From IMG/VR virus record IMGVR_UViG_3300044630_006441, positions 64,001 through 128,000 of that record: a stretch of DNA of 64,000 nt. One strand, 5' to 3'. Within the stretch, counting starts at the first letter, position 1; every line of letters begins with the position of its first letter. This DNA comes from a virus. Position numbers and translations under genes: made by a program. The notes under the pieces were generated by a model. It was given only the letters and a program-made list of their open reading frames with translations. It was not told the origin of the DNA and searched no databases. Positions 7,342 through 16,275 of the stretch are shown here, in pieces.

Positions 7342-7680
7342 ATGGAAGAAATTTACCTGAAGTTGAAGAAGGCTGTGGATTTCGCCTCGCCCCTAGAGAA
7401 GTTTGAGGAAGCCGTTGGCGGCATCTCTGTCGAACTGGACAAACTCGACATTGATTTCATACTCAGTTGCCGCAGTCTCCTCCCCAAGTTTCTCCAGATG
7501 AACTCTGACCTGTTGGATCAGGTCAGCGAACTGGAATCCGAGCTAGAAGCCGCCGAATGGGTGGTTCAGGATATGACCGACGAAAATCTTGAGCTGATGG
7601 CCAAGGTTGAAGAATTGGAAGAACGCATCGCCATCATGTCGGAAAATCAATCTAGTCATCCAGAAGGATGGGATGGATGA
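7342..7680 (+). CDS. coiled-coil hypothetical protein
   Basis: GAGGAG RBS; acidic heptad repeats. Confidence 0.7.
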   Translation: MEEIYLKLKKAVDFASPLEKFEEAVGGISVELDKLDIDFILSCRSLLPKFLQMNSDLLDQVSELESELEAAEWVVQDMTDENLELMAKVEELEERIAIMSENQSSHPEGWDG

Positions 7681-8135
7681 ATCGCAAAAGAATGGAATAC
7701 ATCAAGGCCTGTGAGCGAGGCACTCGTGAAGCGGGCGTGAGGCTTCTGCGTGGCCGCGTGGTCAAGGGTGAAGACGGGCGCATTGTCACCAAACTGGTCA
7801 TCGGTCACCACCCCAGCCAGGAAGACGCCGATGGCTTTCTGGAAACCGTCAGGGTCATGCTGAATTCCCAGAGAGGAAGGACGACCGACTATTTCCAATG
7901 GGGTTTTGCTTTTGCCGGAGATGATGATTTCGGCAATTCCTACTTCAAGGTGGTGCCGCTTGATTATTACGAGCGACATCGGTCTTTTGATGGTAACCCT
8001 TTCCCGTACTTTCAGTTGCCTGGTTCGCTTGGATTTATTCACGAGAGTGGATCGACTTTTCGATATGGCGGCGACGAGGTAGAGGCTAGGGCCATTCTCA
8101 TCCGGGTGGGACTCAAGGAGTTGGATTGTGAGTGA
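7677..8135 (+). CDS. hypothetical protein
   Basis: ATGA overlap. Confidence 0.65.
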   Translation: MNRKRMEYIKACERGTREAGVRLLRGRVVKGEDGRIVTKLVIGHHPSQEDADGFLETVRVMLNSQRGRTTDYFQWGFAFAGDDDFGNSYFKVVPLDYYERHRSFDGNPFPYFQLPGSLGFIHESGSTFRYGGDEVEARAILIRVGLKELDCE

Positions 8136-8400
8136 CTACGAAGAAATGCTTTTGTGTGATGGTTTAGAAGATGCCTTAGTCGGGGTCTCGTATCGGTGCA
8201 ATCAACCGCCAATTGCCGTTTATGACATTGAAAAAATCATTGCGATCTACATGGATCGGGACGGCATGTCTGAGGAAGAAGCCCGCGAATTTTTTGAATT
8301 CAATGTGATCGGGGCGTGGGTAGGGGATAGGACCCCAGCTTTCATCGCTCCCATGAGGATTGATGAGTTAAATTCGGCAATTGAGGAAAGCTCAGAGTAA
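8128..8400 (+). CDS. conserved phage hypothetical protein
   Basis: DGLEDALVG...VYDIEKII......GMSEEEAREFFEFNVIGAWVG..TP: familiar aquatic-phage family. Confidence 0.8.
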   Translation: MSDYEEMLLCDGLEDALVGVSYRCNQPPIAVYDIEKIIAIYMDRDGMSEEEAREFFEFNVIGAWVGDRTPAFIAPMRIDELNSAIEESSE

Positions 8401-8432
8401 TCTTTTAACTTTCCTAACAAAAACCCTTGCGG

Positions 8433-8479
8433 TCGCCCTACACAAAACCCTACACTGGGTTTGTCGGGCGATTTTTTTT
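8433..8479 (+). terminator. Rho-independent terminator
   Basis: TCGCCC..ACAAAACCC/GGGTTTGTCGGGCGA imperfect stem plus T8. Confidence 0.6.
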
Positions 8480-8499
8480 GTTATTGCTGGAGTGGGATT

Positions 8500-9015
8500 G
8501 TGAGCGACGAAATTTCCAAAGCTTTGCAGTACGGAAGACCCAAGAAAGACGATCCTCGCAAGAAACCGGCCAAGCCGGATGAGCGCAAAAGGGGTTCCAA
8601 GCGCAATCCCAAGGATTCAGCTTCCAAGCCAAACAATTCGATTGAAGTCTCTGAAGAAACAGAGAAGAAGATCCGCAAGCTGATGGAAGAACACAACGCC
8701 AAAGATCCCAAGTTCAAAGCGAACATGGCCATGTTGAAATCCGTGTTCCGTCGCGGGGCCGGGGCGTTCAGCGCCAGCCATGCGCCCGGTATGGATCGCA
8801 CTCGCTGGGGCCTGAATCGGATCAAGGCTTTTCTCTATCTCCTGCGCAACGGCAGGCCCTCCAATCCGAACTACAAGCAGGATAATGATCTCCTTCCGGA
8901 TGATCATCCCAGAGCGAGCAAGAAGAAAGAGAAGTCTAAAGGCAGCAACCTGAACGACATTCTTGATCGCATTGAAGACGCCGTGAAAGACATTCGTCAG
9001 GCGCTGGGCGGATGA
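8500..9015 (+). CDS. basic phage protein (domain often found in head-morphogenesis proteins)
   Basis: LKSVFRRGAGAF..SH.PG....WG..R..AFL...G......DNDLLP..HP motif. Confidence 0.65.
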   Translation: MSDEISKALQYGRPKKDDPRKKPAKPDERKRGSKRNPKDSASKPNNSIEVSEETEKKIRKLMEEHNAKDPKFKANMAMLKSVFRRGAGAFSASHAPGMDRTRWGLNRIKAFLYLLRNGRPSNPNYKQDNDLLPDDHPRASKKKEKSKGSNLNDILDRIEDAVKDIRQALGG

Positions 9016-9443
9016 GTTCATTCCGGGTTTTACTCGGGGAAAACGGAACCTTTTTCGTTGGCGACGACGAAGGGAAGCCTGTTGTTCCATCCGGACAAAA
9101 CCTAGAAGAACTCCAGGATTGCTTGATCGACATGCTTGGAGCCTTGGAGCCTCAAGATGCTCTGGGCGGTTCGGCAAGATCGCCCAAGTGGACTAGTGTC
9201 CGCAAAGAACACCTGGCTGCCCATCCATCTTGCGCAGCTTGCGGTTCACACAAAAGTGTTCAGGTTCATCATAAAAAACCATTTTATCGTGAGCCGTGTC
9301 TGGAGTTGGACGCTGAAAATTTGATTACATTGTGTCCTCTATGCCACTTTTACTTCGGGCATTTGCTCAGGTGGACAAGCTGGAATGTCGATGTAAGCAA
9401 GGACGCGGCGTGGTTCTTGGGAAAGATTGAGGGGAGACCATGA
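9012..9443 (+). CDS. HNH endonuclease (CxxC-HNH-CxxCH type)
   Basis: RSPKW..VRKEHL...P.CAACG....VQVHH..P......ELD..NLITLC..CH. Confidence 0.85.
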   Translation: MSSFRVLLGENGTFFVGDDEGKPVVPSGQNLEELQDCLIDMLGALEPQDALGGSARSPKWTSVRKEHLAAHPSCAACGSHKSVQVHHKKPFYREPCLELDAENLITLCPLCHFYFGHLLRWTSWNVDVSKDAAWFLGKIEGRP

Positions 9444-9826
9444 GACACTGGGGAATGTTGCTGTTTTTGGTCGGGTGGATTACCGGCCTTTGGTTTTTCT
9501 CGATACGCCCGCTTTTCAATTTAGAAATGCAGGCGAAGGCTACTGAGGCCAGCCTGCGTTTCGAGAAGCAGCGCGCACAACTGCTCGATGATGAGATCTC
9601 CGAGCTTCGGTCCAGGCCGACTTATGAGGAGGGCTACAGGGACGCCGTCATTCGTGCCGGTGCGCCAGAAAACGCCAGCGCATACAAGGACGGATACGAT
9701 GCTGCCCTTATCGCTGTTGGCGATGCCAGCTATGCCGAAGGCTATCACGCAGCCATCAAGCAGTTTGGCTTCCCAGCCCGCCCCAACCAAGCCATTGCCA
9801 AAGCCAGGAAGGAGAACAACCAATGA
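9440..9826 (+). CDS. membrane-anchored protein with Y.(E/D)GY repeats
   Basis: N-terminal TM helix; YEEGY, YKDGY, YAEGY. Confidence 0.7.
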   Translation: MRHWGMLLFLVGWITGLWFFSIRPLFNLEMQAKATEASLRFEKQRAQLLDDEISELRSRPTYEEGYRDAVIRAGAPENASAYKDGYDAALIAVGDASYAEGYHAAIKQFGFPARPNQAIAKARKENNQ

Positions 9827-10356
9827 GCATTGTTTGCGTCCGAAGCGTGCGCGAAGTCACCAACGAGCAATATGCCGAAGCTTACAAGCAGTATCGTGCG
9901 TGCCTGTACAAATCCTCCAGAAACTGGATTAAGAGGTATGGTGAGGACGAGGCTCTGCATATCGCTGGCATAGCCCTGTGGCGCGCTCTCCAAAGCTACG
10001 ATGAAAGCCGTCGGATGACCTTTATCGGGTATTTGATCAACTGCATTCGTTGGTCTTTCCTGGATCATTACGGCGATGATCAGAAGAACGCTTTGGTCAG
10101 CAATACTGACTGTGCTTTCGACCCCTCCTACTCGATCGCTGATCCAACTTACACGGTGCCGGAGCCAGACGAAAGGCCGGAGGCTATCAAGCCATACCTG
10201 GGCGACAAGGCCAAGAGAATCGTGGATCTGGTGCGGGACGGCCGGAATACCACCGAGATTTCTACCGAACTGAAGATCTCTCGCCAGAGAGTCCATCAGA
10301 TCTTTGGCGATATCCGGGCCACCTACAACCAGTTGTGCAAGAACGGAAAAATCTAA
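9823..10356 (+). CDS. RNA polymerase sigma-70 family factor (regions 2 and 4)
   Basis: IALWRALQSYDESRRMTF.GY...IRW; C-terminal HTH TTEISTELKISRQRVHQI. Confidence 0.85.
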   Translation: MSIVCVRSVREVTNEQYAEAYKQYRACLYKSSRNWIKRYGEDEALHIAGIALWRALQSYDESRRMTFIGYLINCIRWSFLDHYGDDQKNALVSNTDCAFDPSYSIADPTYTVPEPDERPEAIKPYLGDKAKRIVDLVRDGRNTTEISTELKISRQRVHQIFGDIRATYNQLCKNGKI

Positions 10357-10470
10357 TCCGTTTGGGCATTCTTGAAACTCGCAACGCGCATCCTTGTCAT
10401 TCATGGGTGCGCGTAAATCTTTTTGTCAACACGATTAATAACCCAGACAAACATAATTTCTAAAAAACTA

Positions 10471-10498
10471 TTGTCAAACCTGTACAGCTTGCTATTAT
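10471..10498 (+). promoter_or_regulatory. host sigma70-like promoter
   Basis: TTGTCA-N16-TATTAT with TG before the -10 and an AT-rich upstream tract. Confidence 0.6.
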
Positions 10499-10556
10499 GT
10501 GAATGTCGGGAGCAAAAGTTGCGACCGCAAAAAGTGTGACGGAAGGAAGAGTCAAC

Positions 10557-11747
10557 ATGAGCAGCGAAAGTGTCCTGGTGGGGTCTGGCAAGAGCGGCGA
10601 CTTTGTTCACCAGAGCCAGCAGATGGGTGACAAGAACGGATTCAAAAACGTGTCCAAGAAGTGGTTGGACAAGTGCATTTCTTTCGACCAGGGGCTGGAA
10701 AAGCTCTACTCCGGCCGCAGCCAGACCGAGGATTTCGAGGGGACAATCTCTCAGTTCCGCCCCAGCCTGACCGACACTGGCCGGTTTGTGATCCGTGACC
10801 AGTCCAGCGGTCGCGACTTCAAGCCCACCCCCCACGCGCTCAACCAACTGTCCCGCTGGGCCGGTGTTGGCAACTTCCTGCCCACCAAGCTGTTCAACAG
10901 CGAAGATGCCCAGGATCACGAGACGCTTGTCCGCGTTTTCGAGAACGGTCTTCGCCATATCGACAGCGACAAGAACCTTTTCTGGCGTTGCCGTCAGGAT
11001 GGCACCCTGCGCGCCGTGCTGAGCAACCGCTACATGGAGGTCAACAACGAGTGGTTCCTGAAAACCCTCCAGGAGATCATCCCCGGCGGTATGCTGTCCC
11101 ACTGGCGGGGCGATGCCGACACCATCTATGGCAACATCCTGATCCCCGATTCCATCCGGGAAGAGTCGGACAGCGACTACGGTGGAATGCTCAGCATCGG
11201 CAATTCCGAGGTCGGCCTGCGCCACCTGTTTTCGTTGCCGTCGGTTTTCCGGGCGATCTGCCAGAACGGCTGCATCTGGGACCAGAAGAAGGGCGAGTCC
11301 CTCAAGCTGCGTCACAACGGTGAGCCGGACTACGAAGTCCTGTATGTCGCCATCCGGCAGAACCTGGAAAATCAGATTCCCCTCCTGCCCCGTGGTATCG
11401 GCCAACTGTTGGACGCCCGCGCCAAGAAGTGGGATGGGGGGTCGATCTATCCGCTCTTCGCCGCCCTGGCCAACGAGAACAAGATCGCCAGGGAGCCTAT
11501 CAGCAAGGTCCTGGGCGCCTACCAGGAAGAGCTGCTGGCTGCCGACTCAAGCCGCAACAATCTGTTCGGCGTGATCAATGCCTTCACCCGCGCTGGCCAG
11601 GGCCTATCTAACGAGCAATGGTACAGCTTCGATATCCTTGGCGGGAAGCTGAGTGGTATGTCTTCTAACGAATGGGACGGCCTCAAGAATCGCGCCAAAG
11701 CGATGAAGGCAGAGACCGTCGATAAGGTTCTTGGTCTGGCTTCCTGA
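10557..11747 (+). CDS. DUF932-family protein
   Basis: RAVLSNRY..V.N, G.LSIGNSEVG, FRAICQNGCI, LRH.G, NNLFGVINAFTR. Confidence 0.8.
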   Translation: MSSESVLVGSGKSGDFVHQSQQMGDKNGFKNVSKKWLDKCISFDQGLEKLYSGRSQTEDFEGTISQFRPSLTDTGRFVIRDQSSGRDFKPTPHALNQLSRWAGVGNFLPTKLFNSEDAQDHETLVRVFENGLRHIDSDKNLFWRCRQDGTLRAVLSNRYMEVNNEWFLKTLQEIIPGGMLSHWRGDADTIYGNILIPDSIREESDSDYGGMLSIGNSEVGLRHLFSLPSVFRAICQNGCIWDQKKGESLKLRHNGEPDYEVLYVAIRQNLENQIPLLPRGIGQLLDARAKKWDGGSIYPLFAALANENKIAREPISKVLGAYQEELLAADSSRNNLFGVINAFTRAGQGLSNEQWYSFDILGGKLSGMSSNEWDGLKNRAKAMKAETVDKVLGLAS

Positions 11748-11770
11748 GCCTAAAATCTAATCAAACCTCG

Positions 11771-11804
11771 AATCCGTCCGGACCTATTCCGGGCGGATTT
11801 TTTT
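11771..11804 (+). terminator. Rho-independent terminator
   Basis: AATCCGTCCGGA-CCTAT-TCCGGGCGGATT followed by a T run. Confidence 0.85.
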
Positions 11805-11823
11805 ATTAAGTATTAAAAATTAT

Positions 11824-11851
11824 TTTACTTCTGTGTTTATTCAATCATAAT
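11824..11851 (+). promoter_or_regulatory. host sigma70-like promoter
   Basis: TTTACT-N16-CATAAT in an AT-rich intergenic region. Confidence 0.45.
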
Positions 11852-11947
11852 GGATTGTCGGCCTGCGGGGGAAGCTGGTCGATCGTATGTTCGATTGTGT
11901 GTTAGTTATCGTATTTGATTTAGGGGGAGTATAATTGGGGGATAACT

Positions 11948-12277
11948 ATGAAGACCAACTATCAGGTTTCACCAGAAGAGTTCATCATGGCTTGGGAGAC
12001 CAGCGAGTCTGTTCCCGAGGTGGTGGAGAAGCTCAGGCGCGTCGCCAAGGCCAAGGGCACCAAGAGCATGTCGAAGACCATTGTCCTGTCCAGGGCGTCT
12101 TCCTACCGCACCCTTGGCGTTGATTTGAAAAAGATGAAGCGCAAGCATGGGAAGCCGATCGACGTCAAGGCTTTAAACAGCTTGATTTCAAGGATCAACA
12201 AGGGCGGGGGGCTTTTCGACAAGGATGTTGTGGCCATCGACCCGCGAAAAATAGGTGCCGACAAGGTAACGGCCTGA
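11948..12277 (+). CDS. putative DNA-binding protein
   Basis: F..AW.TS.SV.EV..KL...RAS.YR..GV.LKKM; basic, HTH-like. Confidence 0.65.
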   Translation: MKTNYQVSPEEFIMAWETSESVPEVVEKLRRVAKAKGTKSMSKTIVLSRASSYRTLGVDLKKMKRKHGKPIDVKALNSLISRINKGGGLFDKDVVAIDPRKIGADKVTA

Positions 12278-12307
12278 CCGTCTGGCGGAGTGTCTAGTTT
12301 TCTGGGT

Positions 12308-12315
12308 GGTGTATT
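12308..12315 (+). promoter_or_regulatory. candidate phage promoter motif GGTGTATT
   Basis: Intergenic, upstream of 12352. Confidence 0.5.
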
Positions 12316-12351
12316 GAATTGTGACCTTGCCCCACCTAGAGGACTAGACAC

Positions 12352-12618
12352 ATGCCTGACCTGTATGGAAATCCCGTTGTTTCTGGCCAGATGATCCCGC
12401 ATGGCAACGAAGCCCTGACGCAGAACACCCAGAACATCACCGAGCAGTTCCTGGCCGACGCCAAATATGTGCAGAAAAAGGAAATCTTCGATATTCCTTA
12501 CGATGTTCTGCCCACCCCGACAGAAGCCGCCACCGTCTCCCAGACTAGCATCAAGCAGACCAACCCCCAGGGCATCGTGTCCCGGGGCTTCTTCTGTCTT
12601 GGTGACTCCATCAGCTAA
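12352..12618 (+). CDS. hypothetical protein
   Basis: GAGG RBS; typical codon usage. Confidence 0.7.
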   Translation: MPDLYGNPVVSGQMIPHGNEALTQNTQNITEQFLADAKYVQKKEIFDIPYDVLPTPTEAATVSQTSIKQTNPQGIVSRGFFCLGDSIS

Positions 12619-12632
12619 TTCCGAGGTGTTCC

Positions 12633-12986
12633 ATGGATTTTTCCACCCTGATCAGCAAGCTCTTTGAAGCCCGCCAAGTCGCCCACAATGCCCATTTGGC
12701 CACCCGTTCCTACGCGGCCCACAAGGCGCTGAACGAGTTTTATGACGGCATCCTGGAAATTGCTGATGAGCTGGCCGAGGTCATCCAGGGGGAGTTTGGT
12801 TTATTGAACCTAAACATCCAGCCTGTTCCAGCCAATGTTGACTTCGCAGCTTACCTGAAAGAGCTGTGCGCCATGCTCAAGGCATCCGGCCAGATGATCC
12901 CGGGGGTTCAGACCTATCACATGAACATCATCGATAACGCTTTGGCTCTGAGCTACAAGACCCTTTACCTGTTGACGCTGTCCTAA
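12633..12986 (+). CDS. Dps/ferritin-like phage protein (DUF5856-like)
   Basis: H..HL.T.SYA.HKAL.EFYD......D..AE..QG. Confidence 0.8.
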   Translation: MDFSTLISKLFEARQVAHNAHLATRSYAAHKALNEFYDGILEIADELAEVIQGEFGLLNLNIQPVPANVDFAAYLKELCAMLKASGQMIPGVQTYHMNIIDNALALSYKTLYLLTLS

Positions 12987-12987
12987 T

Positions 12988-13075
12988 ATCCCGGGACGCC
13001 TCTGGCCGCAAGGCTATGCGGAACCTTTCCGACCGAATTAACGGTATCGCCTGAGGGACGCCTCAGGAATCGGGT
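12988..13075 (+). ncRNA. candidate structured intergenic RNA (four hairpins)
   Basis: TGGCC-GCAA-GGCTA, CGGAA-CCT-TTCCG, ACCG-AATTAA-CGGT, CCTGAGG-GACG-CCTCAGG. Confidence 0.4.
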
Positions 13076-13080
13076 GCAAA

Positions 13081-13281
13081 ATGAGTTTAGTTGAAGGAAG
13101 AGATTATTATTTGGAAAACGGAAGTTGTGTCCTGACAAGGACTTACCTTCTTTCACGAGGAAAATGTTGTCATGGCGGGTGCCGCCACTGCCCTTATGTG
13201 GTCAATATGGGTAGGAGGACTTCGGATGAGCCAGATTGTGTGCTTCGTGAAGGCGGCGAAAAGACCATCGACCCGGTTTGA
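13081..13281 (+). CDS. DUF5522-like cysteine-rich protein
   Basis: EG.DYY.ENG..V.T..YL..RG.CC..GCRHCPY. Confidence 0.8.
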   Translation: MSLVEGRDYYLENGSCVLTRTYLLSRGKCCHGGCRHCPYVVNMGRRTSDEPDCVLREGGEKTIDPV

Positions 13282-13492
13282 TACCGCCACCGAGAGTTTG
13301 GTTTATTCTTTGATGCCAGAGGCGCCTGTCTCAGCCCAACAAATGGCCGAGATTGTACTGTCCTGGGTCAAGGTTCATCCGGACGACGGCCCCATCCATG
13401 GCGGGGCTAAAGAGATCAATCTGGCCATGGAAAATCTGCTCCTTCGGGGGTGGATTCAGACATCTATTTTGAGGGCTGCCGTAGCTGTCTAA
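13226..13492 (+). CDS. hypothetical protein
   Basis: AGGAGG RBS before ATG 13226. Confidence 0.6.
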   Translation: MSQIVCFVKAAKRPSTRFDTATESLVYSLMPEAPVSAQQMAEIVLSWVKVHPDDGPIHGGAKEINLAMENLLLRGWIQTSILRAAVAV

Positions 13493-13493
13493 C

Positions 13494-13501
13494 GGTGTAT
13501 T
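13494..13501 (+). promoter_or_regulatory. candidate phage promoter motif GGTGTATT
   Basis: Just after the stop at 13492, upstream of 13547. Confidence 0.5.
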
Positions 13502-13546
13502 GCTGGATAGGTATTCTTCCTATCTGGCGACGCTGGAGGTACGGCC

Positions 13547-13843
13547 ATGGATACACAGACCGCTCTGCAAATCCTTGAACGATTTGGCCTGCCAATCTTT
13601 CTCCTCTGTGTTTGTGGCTTTGCTTTATACAAGGCCGGGATATGGACGGCGAATAAGATCTTTGTTCCGGTCGCCGAGCGCCATATCAAATTCTTGGACG
13701 ATGTCAGCTGTGCGGTGGACAAGATCGCCATCAACCAGGAAAACCTGGTTCGGAACATGAACGATCTGACCACCCATGTCAAAAGCCACAGCCGCCGCAT
13801 GTCCACCCTGGAAAAGGTCACCGAAGAAAGCACTATCAACTAA
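13547..13843 (+). CDS. holin-like membrane protein
   Basis: ILERFGLPIFLL N-terminal TM plus coiled-coil tail (BhlA-like architecture); GGAGG RBS. Confidence 0.5.
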   Translation: MDTQTALQILERFGLPIFLLCVCGFALYKAGIWTANKIFVPVAERHIKFLDDVSCAVDKIAINQENLVRNMNDLTTHVKSHSRRMSTLEKVTEESTIN

Positions 13844-13854
13844 GGGGGTGACCC

Positions 13855-14028
13855 GTGTGTGCCGTTTACGAGGTGCATGGGACTCCACCGGAGAAAAAGC
13901 GATCCGTCCGTCTTGCCACATTCCCTGATCGTGGTATCAATTGGCAGAAGGCCTGGAAGAAAGCCCAGGAATTCATGGATGACGGATATCGCAATGTCCG
14001 AGTTATCGAAGTCCCAAGCAACCAATAA
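13855..14028 (+). CDS. hypothetical protein (57 aa, not in ORF track)
   Basis: GTG start with GGGGG RBS: MCAVYEVHGTPPEKKRSVRLATF...RVIEVPSNQ*. Confidence 0.55.
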   Translation: MCAVYEVHGTPPEKKRSVRLATFPDRGINWQKAWKKAQEFMDDGYRNVRVIEVPSNQ

Positions 14029-14055
14029 TTGATCGTTTGTAATATCGGACCTATC

Positions 14056-14091
14056 ATCCTGTTAGGAATTGATTCCTGACAGGATTTTTTT
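14056..14091 (+). terminator. Rho-independent terminator
   Basis: ATCCTGTTAGGAAT-TG-ATTCCTGACAGGAT followed by a T run. Confidence 0.8.
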
Positions 14092-14808
14092 GTGATTTAC
14101 CCAAAAATCAGTTGTTTGTGCCCCACCTATGGCCGACCGCACGCCCTGGAAGAGGCCATCCACTCGTTCCTCATACAGGATTATCCTGGCGAGAAAGAGT
14201 TAGTAATCCTTAATGATCTTCCGGACCAACAACTCCACTTCAAGCATTCGCAAGTCAAGATAGTCAATCTTCCCAACCGAATCACCAACCTGGGTGAGAA
14301 GTTCAACCTGACGGCGCTGGAGGCTACCGGCGATGTTTTTGCCGTTTGGGATGATGACGATATTTTCCTGCCCCATCGCCTGACCTACTCGTTCGAGAGG
14401 ATGTGGCGGGGTTTGTTTCACACCGGGCTTGGTTTCTACGAAGTCGGCCCCCAGCAAATCGAGTACGCCCAGAACCTCTTCCATTCCTGCCTAATGCTCA
14501 CCAAGAAAGCCTTCTGGGACATTGGCGGGTATCGGCGGGTGGACTGGTGCGGGGCAGACACCCTGCTCTTCCAGGACCTGATCGCCCGATACGGCGAGTT
14601 CTCCAAGACAATCCCCGACCAAGACCGCTTCTACATCTACCGCTGGTCTACGGTCCAGTCTTATCACGTTAGTGGATGGTCTTCCGAAAAGGTCTCTTCG
14701 CTGGTCGAGGACTTTGTCAAAGACCGCATCCAGTCTGGACAGCTTCAGTCCGGCGTGGTTGAGCTTCGCCCCTACTGGTCGTATGACTATCCGGAGTTTC
14801 TCCCTTGA
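14092..14808 (+). CDS. glycosyltransferase family 2
   Basis: ISCLCPTYGR...LEEAIHSFLIQDY...ELVILND; WDDDD. Confidence 0.9.
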   Translation: MIYPKISCLCPTYGRPHALEEAIHSFLIQDYPGEKELVILNDLPDQQLHFKHSQVKIVNLPNRITNLGEKFNLTALEATGDVFAVWDDDDIFLPHRLTYSFERMWRGLFHTGLGFYEVGPQQIEYAQNLFHSCLMLTKKAFWDIGGYRRVDWCGADTLLFQDLIARYGEFSKTIPDQDRFYIYRWSTVQSYHVSGWSSEKVSSLVEDFVKDRIQSGQLQSGVVELRPYWSYDYPEFLP

Positions 14809-15881
14809 TCAATGTCTGCACGCCGGTCAATGAGTTGGGCTACGGAACCGTTGGTCGCAATCTTGTAAAAGCCTTCATCGAAATTGGTGCAAAACCAGCC
14901 CTCTTCCCCATCGGCAATGCCGTGGTGTCGAACAGCGACCTTGAGGCCTTTGGCAAGGCCGTGGAGCGGGCGAAGTTCTACAACTCCAGGTCCCCGTCTT
15001 TCCGACTGTGGCACGCCTGGGATTTGGCTCAGCACCCAACCAAGGTCAAGCGTTCGGCTGCGACCTTCTTTGAGCTGGACAGCCTGAAGACCGAAGAGAT
15101 CTATCAGCTCACCCAGATGGATCATGTGTTTGCCTTCGGTGAATGGGCTGCCGATGTGATGCGCCGATCCGGCGTGACTTCCGACATCCAGACAATCCAC
15201 TGCGGCGTGGACCGCAAGATCTTCAGCGAACAGCCCCTCCCCCAGGATGGCCCGACCCGGTTCATCAATGCGGGCAAGTGGGAGCTTCGCAAAGGGCATG
15301 ATGTCCTGCTCCAGGCTTTCCTGCGCGCCTTCAAGCCGGACGACGATGTCGAACTAGTCATGCTGTGCGACAACCCGTTCCTGACACCGGAAGAGACCAA
15401 CGAATGGGTCAGGTACTACAAGGACACGCCGATGGGGAGCAAGATTCGCATCCCCATGAGATTGGAAACGCAGGACGGGGTAGCTGACCTTTTTGCGTCG
15501 ACGCATTGCGGGGTTTTCCCGAGTCGTGGGGAAGGCTGGAATCTGGAGGCCCTCGAACTGCTGTCGATGGGACGCCATGTCATTGCCACCGCCTGCACGG
15601 CACACCTTGACTACCTGAACAGCCAGAACTCCACCCTCATCCCGGTCGGTGTTTTGGAACCTGCCTACGACGGCAAATGGTTCACCGGGCAGGGGAAGTG
15701 GTACCAACTCAGGGAGCCTTCGATCATGGCCACCGCGGAAGCCATGCGGGCTGTCCACGAACAGCGTCGACAAGGAAAGCTGACCCTGAACGAAAACGGG
15801 ATCGAGACAGCCAAGCGGCTTTCGTGGGAAAGCGCCGCCAGGAAAATCTGTTCTGTTCTGGGAGTCGCCAATGCTCTGTGA
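14805..15881 (+). CDS. glycosyltransferase family 4 (GT-B)
   Basis: GKWELRKGHDVLL.AF; FPSRGEGWNLEALE (EX7E). Confidence 0.9.
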   Translation: MINVCTPVNELGYGTVGRNLVKAFIEIGAKPALFPIGNAVVSNSDLEAFGKAVERAKFYNSRSPSFRLWHAWDLAQHPTKVKRSAATFFELDSLKTEEIYQLTQMDHVFAFGEWAADVMRRSGVTSDIQTIHCGVDRKIFSEQPLPQDGPTRFINAGKWELRKGHDVLLQAFLRAFKPDDDVELVMLCDNPFLTPEETNEWVRYYKDTPMGSKIRIPMRLETQDGVADLFASTHCGVFPSRGEGWNLEALELLSMGRHVIATACTAHLDYLNSQNSTLIPVGVLEPAYDGKWFTGQGKWYQLREPSIMATAEAMRAVHEQRRQGKLTLNENGIETAKRLSWESAARKICSVLGVANAL

Positions 15882-16275
15882 CCTCAAGCTGGCCATCGCC
15901 CTAGCGTGCGTGCCGTTCGGGACGGGGAATGAGATCAAGTTCCTGGTCTCCAAGAAGCAGCCATGCGAGATGCCGACCTGCTCTGCTGTCCCCGGCGAAG
16001 ACATTCTCCAGACCGTTTCCGACCTCCTGCGCAAGCTGACCGGTGTCGGGGCCAGGATGGGGGACAAGGGCTGGGTGGAAATGCGGTTGGGTTCTATCGT
16101 CACAACCTCTGTTGATCCTTGGTCTATGTTGTTGATCTATGGCGGCATGGTTCCTGAAGAACTGCCTATTCGCGAGGAGGGTTACGAATGGAAAACGTGG
16201 ACAAGCCTGGGAAGGCAAGGCGCAGTCGATCCGCTGCACCTAAAAAACATGCTGCTGGCAGCCCAAAAGATTTGA
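15871..16275 (+). CDS. hypothetical protein (possibly degenerate Nudix fold)
   Basis: Contiguous ORF; PGEDILQTV..LL.KLTGV weakly resembles a Nudix box. Confidence 0.55.
   Translation: MLCDLKLAIALACVPFGTGNEIKFLVSKKQPCEMPTCSAVPGEDILQTVSDLLRKLTGVGARMGDKGWVEMRLGSIVTTSVDPWSMLLIYGGMVPEELPIREEGYEWKTWTSLGRQGAVDPLHLKNMLLAAQKI

Noticed and set aside
10401-11405. Long antisense ORFs (also 19580-20623, 28564-29505, 42960-43976, 44324-45637, 47927-49006)
   Set aside because: Shadow frames of GC3-biased sense genes with clear family identity; no RBS or recognisable motifs
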